NCBI GenBank assembly: GCA_977030845.1
Contig: OZ365111.1
Span: 6,138,001-6,202,000, forward strand
Length of the DNA stretch: 64,000 nucleotides
DNA from: Fimbriosthenelais zetlandica
Taxonomy: Eukaryota
Direction: 5' to 3'
This document shows, in pieces, positions 39,101 to 53,300 of the stretch (position 1 is its first letter; every line of letters starts with the position of its first letter). The notes beneath the pieces were generated by a model. The model saw only the letters and a program-made list of their open reading frames with translations, was not told where the DNA came from and did not search any database. Both the position numbers and the translations under genes were made by a program.

Positions 39101-42100
39101 TACAATTCATATAAGCCTTTATATAACTAATATTCTAACCTTTTCTGACATTGATCCGGCCGTGGGGACATCTGCCAGTCTGGTATTACCATATACAATG
39201 TGGTTTATTGAGTTACAAATAATCTCAATAGAAATTGAAGTCTCTCATAACAACTCAAACCATTTCTTTATAGAACTCCCCCTCTCCCCTTCCTGTGTCA
39301 AATACAATTTTAATTTTAGTCAATGAAGACAAATTCACCTATTCACCTCCCCTCCCCACACTCTACTCTCTCTTTCCACCTATTTTCTTTACGGTCTTTG
39401 AACTTTTATTTCTGGTCGGTTGTGAGGGTGGGTTTTGAGTTTGAGTGGGTTTTTATGTTTTGGTTTGCCTGACTGTTTCTCTCTACACTTGTGTCGTGTT
39501 TGGAGCCTGGTTGATGATGGCCTGTTGGAGGTGATATGTACTCTAGGTGTTTGTTGTCATTGTGGGCGTCGATCTTTGTTAATGATTCAATAAGAAAAAA
39601 CAAAATAGAACAATAAAAGGTAAGGATTGGTTGGAATCCCAGCGTCTGGCAAGGCTTGGTCATCTCGCCCATCTAGCCTTAGGCCTTGCCAATCAACATG
39701 AATATTTATCTCGAATAAAACTTAAAATTTTGAACAATAAATGATTTTTTAAATTGTGAAAAAGAAAGTTGGGTACAGGTAAAATATATTAAAGAAAAAA
39801 CCCGAGAAAAAATATTTTAAAAAACGGCCTTTGTGTCATTGTAATCTCCTTGAAAAAAGGTCAAAATAGGTCATGGAGAATTCACTTCAGAAAATTAATA
39901 CCTTGCATAAATGGGTCTTATTTCTGGCAATTAATAGGAACTTGAAGGCTATGAAGAAAACTAAGGCTATGGTTGCTGGTCCGAAGCCTTGCTGACCGTG
40001 GAATCCTGGGCCGGCCTTTGTGTCGGCCCTTTGAACTCTGGCAGCTCCTAGTTAATGTTCTGCGTGTGACAAGTTGTCGAGTCCCGGCCCGGCGACCGTT
40101 TTTTGCTGTCTTGCCGTAGTTTGGTAGTACAGTCTTTATTTTTGTTGCAGCTCTGTTTACGGCCACCTCCCAAAGAGTGGATCTTATAAATACGCTCTCT
40201 TATTTTCTTCCTCGTCTTTTAATCCAAATGAGCATGTCTGAATAATGGGCATACTTTATGCGCATTGAAAGATTCGCGGGACACTGATATTACCAATTAT
40301 AATCTGAAGGATTTTTATTTATTTCTTCCATGATATTTCATTTGGATTTTCATTTGTTTATCGTTTGGCTTTGAGAATTGGGATGGAGTGATGATATATA
40401 CTGGTTGTTGCTCTATACTTTTTATCTCCTATTTTTCGCTGTTGCGATTTTTATTTGACTATTGTCATTTGAATTTGTGGGGACAGGTTTGTACTTGTTC
40501 TCAGTCTTGGTTGGCATTGCAGGTCAGATTTGAGTGTTCTGCACATCTATGTGCTGTGAATTATGGAGAAAAAATGCCCCCATATTAACAGCTAACCACT
40601 ATAATGATGCATGCTTCCAGGAATAAAACTGATTATAAAATATTTCAATTATAGAGGCAGCTTCTTTACCTTCACAACCCATAAAAATTCAACGCAAAAA
40701 TAATATTTCGCTCCTTGGTACAATTGCACTTAAAACCTGATAAATTCATGTATCTGGCATCACAGCTTTTGAAAGGTGTATTTACAAAATGCAATCTAAA
40801 TGTCAAAATTCCCTACTGACGTTGAGAATAGAATATATGTCAAAGGCTTTAAATGGTTAAGGCTTCAGATGCCTTATCTAACACTCCATAACCCCCATCA
40901 AAAGCTCTGCGAAAAAAAAAAAAATGCTTGGGCTATCAAAACTAGACACAGCTTATATTCACCGCTGCCGAAAGAAACTATTAAAGCACGAAATCACACG
41001 GAAAACTTTTTTCTTAAATTAATTAAATGTTATGACATTTAATAATGAAAAGCACATTTAATCGTTACACACCTCAGATTTAATACACCTATATTTATTT
41101 CTATATTCATAACATAATGGAAGACAAAAGCAATCTAAAATATTCGCCGCTTTAACAAATATTTTTGGGCAATTAGCTCCAGTAATTCCACATGTGCAAC
41201 AAGTAATATTTTTTAGCTTTGTTAAAATAAATAATTTCACTATTCAAATGTGCAGGTTAAAAACAAATGACTTTTGTAGGGTTTATCTGACAAGGTAAAT
41301 TGCATGTGATGAGATGTTGATGTTCATTGAAATTCGACATTAATTTTCACAAAATTCCACATTTTCAGAGTATGTTTCTTCATCAATAATCCATTATTAA
41401 ATCCTTTCAGCAAACAGATTCATCTCTGAATATGAACTAAATTCCATCCACCTTATTTTGTCTTCTGGTCAGATCTCGATCAAAACAATGTACCCTTCTG
41501 CAAATCAACAAAACTTACAAATTTACAACTAAGTTGATGTATATTTTATTATACATACATTTTCCATTATAAAAGACAACAATCTTAGTGTAGTCTTTAG
41601 CAGTTGCTTTATGGAAGTTCTGGTACATTGGTGCTTGGGTTTGGTATATAAAGTTGAAACGCTGAGATTTTTAAATGATCAATAATGATTTTTCTCTCTC
41701 TGGTTTCCTCTCTGCAGCATTCTCTTGAGGCTGCTGAGAATATCATCAAACAACATGAGGCGTTCATCACCACCATGGATGCCAACGACGAGAAGATCAA
41801 CGCCGTGTTACAGTTTGCCTCGCGTCTACAGGAGGATAGCCACTTTGCTGGCGACAAGATTAAACTTAAAGCTGAACAGCTAGCTGACAGGTTTGTAAAA
41901 ATATTGTACTTTCATTCAGTATTATCTCGGGCCACCCTAGATTAGGGGGTTAATATAATATGTTTTTAAAAAAAAATGTCTCCTTATATTCCCGGTTAGA
42001 ATAAAAGAATCAATTGAAATTTTTTTTTTTCAATTGATTCGGTTAATATAATGTGACATTTTCTTTTGTCCACACAATTATACAGTACCTTAATATATAC

Positions 42101-45100
42101 TATTCACTACTTTGCACCTCTCAATACTAGTAATTGAGTGAGAAAAAAATGCATAAATAATTTTATACATTGGTCTCACTCTCTCACCAATAATATAACC
42201 TTACCTCCATACATATTTTTTTGCCTTTCAAATTCAGTATTGGCATTGATTTTCACATGTATACATGCTCTTACTATCGAATTATCACAAAGGAATAATT
42301 CCTGACAATATTGCTACATAATTATATAATGCATTCTCTCAGTACAGAAACCCTGCATACTTTATTTTGCTCTGACTATACACATGCTTTCATATTTCTG
42401 AACATATCTGTTCAAATACATTCAACAGAATACATGCTTCTTGAAGGACAAACAGGTTTAGCTAATATTACTTTTGTTACTAAGTCACACATACTTATAA
42501 TTTTTACACCCCAAAAAAGGAGCAGAAGGTGAGACGGTGTTGTACAACTAGTTGCAGAAATAGTTGTCGAGAATATCGTACCAGTTAGTTGAACACACAG
42601 AAATATTTATACTACTGGTCAGATTTATAATAAAGAAAATAGGACTAATCCTGTAGCCTCCTTCTTGTAAAAAAAAAAACAAAAAAAACAGGGTACGGCC
42701 ACAGAGGAGTGCACTCCCAAATTCCATTTTAGGTATTATATTGGAGTTAACTTTAAAATCGACTGCACTGGTAGAATTCAATCAGAAGTTAGGGGAAAAA
42801 ACAGTTTAAATTATCCATACGTTGTATACCAAGGATACGCCTAGGGTATGGAAATGCTTTTGCTTCTGTCCAAATCTCCTAGAATAATGTATCCCCATGT
42901 CATACCTCATAGTCAAAGGCAATATGTCTCTCTCCTTTGGAGAAGGAAGCGATACTATCATTTTATATTAGCGCTTATTTCATTATTTTCAATGCTTACA
43001 AAAATTAGCTAATTGGCTTCCAGATCAGTTATAGATCATGGCCTCTTAGAGGTGAAATCTTACTTTTGGGCGATCAGGACTTTGTGACAAATTGGAGACT
43101 TCAACTTGTTAGCGTTTCCAATTAATGGCAAAGTCCTGACTCCACAAGTATATTCGAGTCTAACCATTAGTGCTCAACCAAAATATTGAGAAAAAAAAAT
43201 ATTTTAGGGGCTTAAATACTGAGTTTTCTTTCAGAATTTGTCAGATGAAAATCTATTCTTTCAGTACTTTACAGCATTTTCTATTTTCACTTTTTCGATC
43301 CTCCATTTTTGCTGATCAGCCAATATCGGACATATTTTTTTAATTTTTTTTTTTATATATCTTCAAGCCATTGGGTTGGAGGAAATTCAACTTTGTTAGA
43401 AACATAGATCTCTGGTATTTTGAAAGTAATGAAAGTTTTGTTTCTTTTGTGGTGCAGGCGTAACCAAAACCGTCAGCGCGCTTACGAGCAGCTAGAGCGC
43501 CTGAAGGACAGTATGCAGGTACAGCAGTACCTCCAGGACTGCGAAGAACTTAGTGAGTGGCTTGGAGACAAGATGATCGCGGCTCAGGACGAGACGTACC
43601 GTGATGCCAAGAGCATCCACTCCAAGTACCTACGTCATCAAGCCTTCGAGTCCGAAATAGCTGCTAACAAGGACCGCCTTTCCAAACTCATTGAGGTAGG
43701 TTTAACTTCTACATTTTTATACATTTTTTAAAAATCTTTTTAAAACATACTTAACACTTAACTACCATAACCTCTGTATAGAGTATCTTTCGGTGGTTTG
43801 CCTTATATCAAATTTACCGGTAATCTGCAAAATTCAAGGCAATTGTTGGAATGGATTCAGTTGGAAAATTCACTCTCGTTTCAATGAAGTGAGGATGAAT
43901 ACATCCAAGAACTGATGATTCAATTAAATAAATTAATGTCTTGTATCTGTCCCTTTAAGGGCCCATGAAGCCGTTCATGAGCCTCAAAGTGACACTCTAT
44001 AATTATATGCCTCCAAAAATATTAATTGAAAAATACTTTTTCATAACCATTGAAAAATGTCCCCCAATAAAGGTCTGATATAAATTGTGAAAGTTGAAAA
44101 TATGTTGAAAATGAAATGAATCCCTTGTCTCTAAACTGATTTCAGAACGTAAGTGAGAAAATACTTTTCATCCAATTGATATGCATTATTTTGTACCGTA
44201 TTTTGGCGAGTCAAAAATATACACATATTACACCAGCACTTGCATTTATAACGATGTGGTTGAAAAATGTTTCAGTGATGTTTTCTGAAACGTTCACTGT
44301 TATCTCCTATATATATACGCTTGGGATCGGATACCCCGTATCGCCCATTTCCTTCCACTGAGCTGTTCTAGTTGACACTATAGGCTTCACTGCCATTGAA
44401 TTCCAATACATTTCGAATTTCAAGAGTTTATACAGAAATTATCCTATGCCCCAATTGTACATCTACAAATCTTTGAAACCAACCCATGCACTGTGTGCCT
44501 ATACCAAGTTTTGGAGATCTCGTATCTATATAATAAGTGTGTAGTATTCTGGTGTATCTGTAAAAATGTTTATAAAGAAAAATGTTTAAAACATTGCACT
44601 CAAATCATGGACGCATTCCATATGAAAAGTCCTGAAATCCTTCTGCTTTAGCTAGGACTCCTTGTCCAAAATTTATCACATTCATCAAAGCTTGTCGTGC
44701 ACCCTCTTCTATTGAAAATGTATTGTATTATAAAGAAATTCATTCTTTTTCCAAGGTCTTGAGGCATTTTGAGTTATTTTATATTTCAGATTAAATCACT
44801 GCTGAATCTTCAAATTCTAGCCATCTTAAAAATAATATTCATCCTTGGGTTTGCATGAATTTCAATGCCAGGGATTGGGAATTGGCCTAAATAATGCAGT
44901 AATATATTTCTTCCATTTTAAATGAAAATTATCCACTAAACCATTGCCAAAGACAGCATGGGAATGGCCTAAATTGCGGACATGATGAAAAATCGCCTTT
45001 CATTCAATGACCCATCCACCCACCTTCCATCCATCCATCAATCCATCCTCCCATCCATTCTCACGCCCATCCTTACATCCATCCATCCCTCATGATCCAT

Positions 45101-47326
45101 GATCCACCAGCCATTCATCCATCCATCTCCCATGATCCACCATCCACCCATCCATTCATCCACCCCCCCCCCCCCCCCCCAATCCATCCATCAATCAATT
45201 CACTAAATTATAACTTTCTCATCCAGGAAGGAGAGGAGCTCCTCCGACAGAAGCCTGAGATGGCCAGATCGGTGGAGCCGCGCATTGACGAACTGCGCAG
45301 ACAGTGGGAGGAGTTGGAACTAACGACCAAAGACAAGGGTGAGAAGCTGTTTGATGCTAACCGCCACGTGCTCTACGAACAGAGCTGTGACGACATCGAC
45401 GGCTGGATCAACGAGATCGAATCCCAGGTCGTGACCGAGGACACAGGCCACGACTTGACCACCGTCAACCTGCTTGTCCAAAAACAGAATGTAAGTGCGC
45501 TTTCCTATTGGTTAATATTTTATAGGCGCACTAGCTTGCCTACTAACGAATATAGTAAGCAGGGCTTCATTAGTTTTCCCTACTAAGAAATTTAGTTCGG
45601 TGTGGCTGCAGAAACCCTTCCTACTAAACAAGAAAACCTTTGATGATGTAAGTGACTTCGTTATTAGCGAAACTAATAACGGACTAAATTACATTAGATT
45701 TAAGAGGAAATGAATCGGTTCTTGGGATTTAATTCTCTAGGATAAATTAGATTAAAATTTTAAAAAATGCAAATACCGCATATATACAGCACTACGCAAT
45801 GTATCTAAATTATATGATTATGAATTTTTGTTTCTTATTATATCGACCCCCTATTCTAGGGTGGCTCTGTGTAATATTGAAGGGAATCTTGATATTCTAA
45901 ATATTTAAATTAGGTTCCCCTTGAACTTAGAACTCCTTAACTTACTGAAAAAAATGTTATTCATTAGGTCCACTGGGGAAAAGCTGATACGCAGAAAATT
46001 GAGATAAACTCCTCTAAAAAACAATTTTAAAAAACTTCATATGACTCTATGTGACAGATACCTGAATTCTTATTATTTTATTTATCAGATTTTGGAGTCG
46101 CAGCTGAAGATCAAGCAAGAACAAGTACAAGAGCTTGAAAGCCAGGCGTCACATCTGCGTGAGTTGGACCCCGACCGCGAAGAGGAGATCCGCGCGAGGA
46201 AGTCACGCGTGGAGGAGCGCTTCCGCAAGGTGCTGGCCCCTCTACAGCAGCGCAGAATGCAGCTGGAACGCGTGAAGAAAATCCAACAATTCCTTCGCGA
46301 TATCGAAGACGAGAAAATGTGGATCGAAGAGAAAGTGCCACAAGCCAAGAACGCCGACTTCGGTAATTCGTTACTGAGCGTACAAATGCTGGAGAAGAAA
46401 ACGCAGAGTCTGCAGAATGAGATTGACAGCCATGAGCCGAGGCTGCAGTCGGTGTATGATGTGGGTGAGGGGCTGATAGAGGAGGGCCACCCACAGAGCG
46501 GGGAATTCCAGGAGAAGCTGGACGACCTGAAGGATCGCTGGCAGGAACTGATGGATGCCATGCAGGGCAGGAAAAATAGGCTCCAGTTGTCAGAGGTTGC
46601 ACAACAGGTGAGCAATTTATATTAAAAAAAATTGTAAAAGAAACCCCCCCCCCCCCCCCAAAGAAAAATACAACAAAAAAATAATTTAGTTTCAATTCAG
46701 GATAAGATATACAGACTTACTAGTGTATTTTGATATGTAGTCGCATCATTTTTCGATGCAGTAAAATTGTTTGTTGTCCTTTGAAGTATTCTTGGCTTGA
46801 AGTACTTTTTCTATGCAATCAAATTGTTCCCCCCCCCACTTGAATAAATAAATGGGGCTTTGATTATGGAATTGGGCGCTCATAATATAGCCTATATGCG
46901 TTTTAAAATCAACATGTCTACCTTATAAAATTAATCTGCCATAAATTTTAAAGGTACTTTTAAAATTAAAATTCGAATTTTCAATTTAAAATTGTTCAGA
47001 TTTTTAAAATCTTGCTATATAAAATTGTTCCTCTGACTTTTAAAAGCTACTAATATAAAATTGTTTCTCTGCAGTACTTTTTCGATGCGGCTGAAGCCGA
47101 AGCATGGATGTCAGAGCAGGAGCTTTATATGATGGGGGAGGACAGAGCCAAGGACGAGATGGGTGCAGGGAACTTCCTCAACAAGCACGCCACACTTGAG
47201 AAGACCGTCGAGGACTTTGCTGAGACTGTGAGACAGCTCGGCGAGCGGAGTCGTCAACTCGCTGAGGAGGGACACCCCGACAGGTAACTCGACTAATCTT
47301 TCTTGCTCTACTGTAGTTATGTTGAC

Positions 47327-47369
<43 letters not shown>

Positions 47370-50300
47370 TATATATTTATTTAATATTTATACAGCTGCA
47401 ATTGGTCTCAGCCTGAAATGCTGCTTTTCTGGCCGCAGCTGTGCCAGATTGGAAATGCGGTCTTTGTCTTAAATGGTTTTAACAAAGTCTTAAATTTGTT
47501 GACGTCATTGCCGACGAAATTACTCACGATTTTTTCGATGATAACTGGCGATTTTGCCGACGATTCATTGTCAGAAAGTGTGTATTTTTGGTCTTAAAAA
47601 TGAAGATCATAGGTCTTAAAAAGTATGAAAAAAATCAAAATTTCCGAACCGCAGGAACCCTGATAAATATCCAACTATCTAAATACTCACGAAAGATACC
47701 GCTAGATATTAGAAATAATTTTTGAAATTTATTTGAAGCAACTAGGCATGTAAAAGAACAATTCCTGCAAGTCGAAAAAGTACCTCATTGTGTGCCGACA
47801 GCGTATTTCCTCTTGTCCTGAGACAGCTCTAAAATTGCTGACTGGAGGTTAAACAATAGGCCTATATAGTACAAACAAAAGTTGATATTTTCTGATGTGG
47901 GACGGACTTTTTTCATACTACTTTACCACTGGTATTAGGAAAAATAATTAATTTTTTCTTTACAAAAAATGAAACTTTCTCCGTTGGCCACTTTCAGTGC
48001 CCAAGTCGCTATCAAGCAGTCACAGGTCGACAAGCTGTATGCTTCACTCAAGGATCTGGCCCAAGAACGCCGTGGCAAGCTGGACGAAGTGCTGAAGCTG
48101 TACATGCTTAACAGAGAGATTGACGACCTGGAACAATGGATCGCTGAGAGAGAAGTGGTAGCTGGCTCACACGAACTGGGGCAGGACTACGAGCATGTCA
48201 CTGTGAGTTCTCAATACTAGAAAAATTACATCTTCAGATTCTCCTGAGAAATAAACTTGGCTTTATTTTGCTTCAAGAATTGAAAGCGCATTACATGTGT
48301 TTAAATGCAACCTTACTTTTCTACAAATACCAACATTTTAAACTGTCATACATTTTAAAATGTCGACCTACTTGAGCGGAATTATCACATGTAGTTCGGG
48401 AAGAGTAGGCCATTGTGTCGGGGAGGAGAGTAGAACATTGTCTCCCGACAGCGTGTTTCCACTTGTCATGAAATTGCTGACTGCTCATTAAACAATTATG
48501 AATATACCTACTTATTGTAGAAAATTTCCAGAATAATTCAAATAAAAAAAAAAACAACAAAAAAAAACAAAAAAACAAAACAATTTTGCATACTATTGTT
48601 AAAATACTTATCACATTTTCCATCAATACTATTTATTCCACAGATGTTGCGAGACCGCTTCAAGGAGTTTGCCCGTGACACAGAAACCATTGGCCAGGAG
48701 CGGGTGGCAGCAGTGAACGAAATCTGCGACCAACTCATCGGTGCCGGCCACTCTGACGCTGCTACCATCGCCGAATGGAAAGATCAGATCAACGAGTCTT
48801 GGGCCGATCTATTGGAACTTATCGACACACGTACACAGATGCTTGCTGCCTCATGGGAACTTCACAAGTTCTTCCATGACTGCAAGGAGACTCTTGATAG
48901 AATTTATGTGAGTAGAATTTTCCGATAATTTTCTTTTCTATGAATTAATGATAAGCGTTAACAGGCTTCAGAAACTCTTGGAAGGTTCTGCAAAGTATTA
49001 TAAAACACATAGTTTCAGTACTTGCATAATCTATGGGAAACACAACAGACTCCAAAAAAATATTCAGAAAATGTGATTTTCCCATAAAAAATATTAAATT
49101 TCATCTGTAGGGTATTGGAAGCCGAAAATGTAACTATTATCTCAAATTTGGTTCTAAAAAATGTGGTTTCTCTAATTGTATAAACCATGGATAAACTCTC
49201 CCATAATCTTGCTTTGATATGACAAATATTGATAGATTTTTGGTTGGATTTGCAGGAAAAACAGCACACTATTCCCGAAGAGCTGGGCAAAGATGCCAAG
49301 AGTGTAGCTGCCCTTCAAAGACGACATGCTACTTTCGAACATGACCTCGTTACACTAGGATCACAAGTAAGTTCCTCTCGTTTTTTTTTGTCCGAACCAA
49401 AGACTTTGGTACTAGGCACTCAGAGATAAGAGGACAGTACTTGGACTGGTTGGCCTGGTGTCAGGATAATGTACCGGGTGAGGTATCTTGTCATGTGTAT
49501 GCAACATAATACCTCAGTGACACTGCACTATAAAAGACCCTAGGTATGGCTCACCTCACAAACTTGTACGCATGAGATACATTTCTGAAAAATTGCTGAA
49601 GTACGTTAAAGCTCATTGAACGAACAAACAATATTTTATATATATTTCCTTAGATCTGGAAATACTGGTAATTCAGTTGTAAAGCGACTGTAAAACCGAG
49701 ACATTACCTGGATAATAAAGATTTGATTTAAAAAAAAATATTTTGAACATTGCAGGTACAACAGGTACAGGAGGACGCCAGTAACTTGCTGGTGGCTTAC
49801 TCTGGAGACAAGGCCCGTGAGATCCAGGACCGTGAGACAGAGGTCGTGAACGCGTGGAGGAACCTCCAGATCAATGTGGAGGAGAGGAAGAACAAACTAG
49901 GAGACACCAGCGATCTATACAGGTCAGCCTTTTCACGATTCCCAGTGACTCTGGAAAGTTATAAGGACAACCTGGAAAATAGGTTTCACTTTTTCCAGAC
50001 AGGGAAATTTGAGAAAAACTGGAAAAATCAGGGAAAAAATCTGAGAAAGCTATGGGAATTCTGTTTTCATGAACTGCTGGGAACCCTGCTTTTAATCCCC
50101 AACCCACACACACATGCAAACAAATATTTTCCTCCTACGTTCAAACCTAACATTTGGATCTTTTAACCTCAGACAGAATCTGATTATAAATCACGACTGT
50201 CCTGAAAAATCTAACCCCAACCTCCAATAAACAATCTCTAGACAATTATCTTAGTAATTTGTCAATTTTACTGGACCTTCCGTCCTGTGGTAATTTATGA

Positions 50301-53300
50301 GTGAAATTTGTTTAAAAAAATCTTTATACAAAAATTATTTTGTATACAGGATTTAAATTTATGTGTGAAATTTGTTTTAAAAAATCTTTATACAAAAAGT
50401 GTGAAATTTTTTTTTTCCTTCAGGTTCTTCAACCTGGTACGAGACCTTCAGTTGTGGATGAGTGACATCCAGCGCCAGATGAGCACACAGGAGAAGCCGA
50501 GAGACGTGTCCGGCGTCGAGCTGCTCATGAACAACCACCAAAGTCTGAAGGCAGAGATAGACGCCCGCGAGGAGAACTTTGCCATCTGTCTAAATCTCGG
50601 CCGCGACTTGCTTCACCGCAAGCACTACAGACACCCAGAGGTGAGTGGACAGTTTTATTGTTAAGCCAGGAACACACTAATCCGATTCTCCAAACCGTCG
50701 CCAACCGATACCCGATTTCTAATGGCATCTAAAGATTGAAATTTTGTCAGTGGTTAACGTTACCTATGTGTAAAGGACTTCAAATTACAAGCATTTGGTG
50801 TGAATAGAAATATACTTTCTGACAGCTATCGGATGGCGCCGGATAGAAAATCGGATTAGTGTGTTCCATGATTTGTGTCAACCTAAATACGAGGGCTATA
50901 TGAAGTCGAAAAAGTAACAATTATTTGAATAATGGACCTGAAAACTCCAATTTCTTTCTGGGAATGATAATTTACATACACTACTGTTCATCGGGTGGGT
51001 AAATAAAATGATATATTGATGTCTATTTTACAAGAAAAACCCATGGAAATGATACACTACTGTTCATCAGGTGGTTAAAATCATCGGTGATAGAGCCCCT
51101 TTAAGTTAACTGAACCAGGAATACTAATTGAATTATCTATTCAACTGTTTATTCCAACTATATTTCAGGTGAGAGACAAATTAATTGGACTGGGAACACA
51201 GAGAGGAGAGATGATGGAACATTGGGATGGATGCTGGGAGTACCTCCAACTTAGTAAGTATCCAATTAAGAAATAAAAGAATCCTATACACTAAAATGAT
51301 TATCATTAAATAAAATATTAACATTTAAAAAACTAGTTCAGTAGACAAAAGATCAGCAATTAGTATTAAACTGTGTTACGTTTATGTCTTGCAATTAACA
51401 CCGGAGATTGACAACAAATGGTAACTAACTGAAATCTAATGCAAACCTTTCAACATTGCAGTATTGGAGGTCTACCAATTTGCCAGAGACGCATCCGTGG
51501 CAGAGGCTTGGCTTGCAGCACATGAGCCATACTTACAAAGTAGAGATTTTGGCGTAAGTTCTCTTTTCTTGGTTTTTGAACTGTACTAAATTGAAGATCT
51601 CGGATGCATTAATGCCTAAATTTACAGTTTCAAAATACATATATATATATATAAATAATAGGATTACTTATAGTATGTCCCAAGATTAGTCCTACATTTG
51701 AAAATTGAATTTCAGGATTCACTAGATGCAGTGGAAGCACTCATCAAAAAACACGAAGCCTTTGAGAAGTCTGCTGCCACCCAAGAGGAAAGATTCGCCG
51801 CTCTTGAGCGGCTAACGACGGTAAGTCTTAAACGTGTATTCATTCAAGTTTCCCACAGTCGTGGAGAAACCTGAAAAATGGAATGGAAATATATCAAAAA
51901 GTTGTTTAAAATGGTCACGGAAAATTTGTAGAATTTATTTTTGTAAAATGTTAAATTTTTATATTTGAAATTGATTGTATAAATCTTCAAAAAATGTTCT
52001 ACTACTTTAACCAAGAATGATCTCTCTCCTTTCAGTTTGAGATAAAAGACCGAGAAAAGAGGAAAGAAGAAGAGTTTCGACGAGAACATCCAGACGCGCC
52101 TTACCCTCAAAAACAAAGTTATGTTCAGAAATATACAGAAGAGTTCATACCACCACCAGAACCAGAGTAAGTACATTGAGTATCATTTCTTAAAAAATAT
52201 ATAGCCCGTTAATCTTAACTTCCCGAGGACTTCTCCTTCTACCCATGTTCTATATTACATTCAATATGAGGGAAAATCACTGGAAACTCGAGTTGACCAC
52301 ATTAAATGACTGTTGTCATTTCAATTTTCAGAACGGAAATTACAATCAGGTAACCTTGTCATGGAAGCCCAGGTTTTTGATTGAGATTCGTTCAAATGAA
52401 TAATAATATTTCTATGAACCCATTGAATACCCCCAAGATCATCAGCGCATGATATTTTTACTTGACCTCAGCACTGCACTGGAATGCAGATAGTATTTAC
52501 CATTTCCAGCCGAGATAATATATTATTTTGATTTGAAAATCTGAGATTTACTATAATAATACAATTAGGTATTTTAATCCGATTTAAATCCTAGTTTTGC
52601 ACTTTTTGCAATGCCATCTGAGATCGACCCTTCGAATGAATTCAGCTTCCCAATTATCTTTACTTTGCGACCACCGTTCCCCAATTCTTTTAGAACCCCA
52701 AACCAGAAAATAGCCACGGTTTTCTATTTAATTTTTATATTGATCCAAGATTTTTAAATTTCACCCCATTTTGTTGATATTTGGACCCCTAAGCATGATG
52801 TTCCTCTTTATTGCCCCGACTACCAATTTTTTGGATGTTTTTTGAAAAACTTTCAATATCCCTTTCCTCATCCATCAATGTTGCTGGTGTTTTCAGACCG
52901 GAACCGGAACCGGAACCAGAACCACAGCAATCGTCACCGGATCGTGACGAGGCTGGAGGAGCCGGCGAACCCGAGTCTGTTATAAATGGAGAGAAAGAAC
53001 ACGAAGACAGTCCCCGAGGAACTGCCGCTGAAGGTAAGAGAGAAACGCGTACCCCCGCTTGGGCGTCTTTAGTTTCTATAGGTGTTGTGGTCCGTCGGCG
53101 AGGGATCCCCAAAAGGTGCTTCCCAATGAAACTGAAGCCCCTGAGATTTTTTTTTGTAACAGGGGAGCTTCTTTGTTTCTCAATCCAGCGAACTTTCTTA
53201 CTCTTAGCCAGTGTCTCTGATTCTTGAGAGAACATGCCCAGCTGGAGTGATTTCCCCTATGTTGTGTAGTCATCTCTGCCCGTGGGGCAGTGAAGCATGC

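Noticed and set aside
38705-39326. ORFs of 94 and 110 aa in the SR9 intron
   Set aside because: No recognisable domain and no matching splice signals; expected by chance.
46085-46695. Minus-strand ORFs of 176 and 194 aa
   Set aside because: Antisense shadows of the 519-nt spectrin exon.
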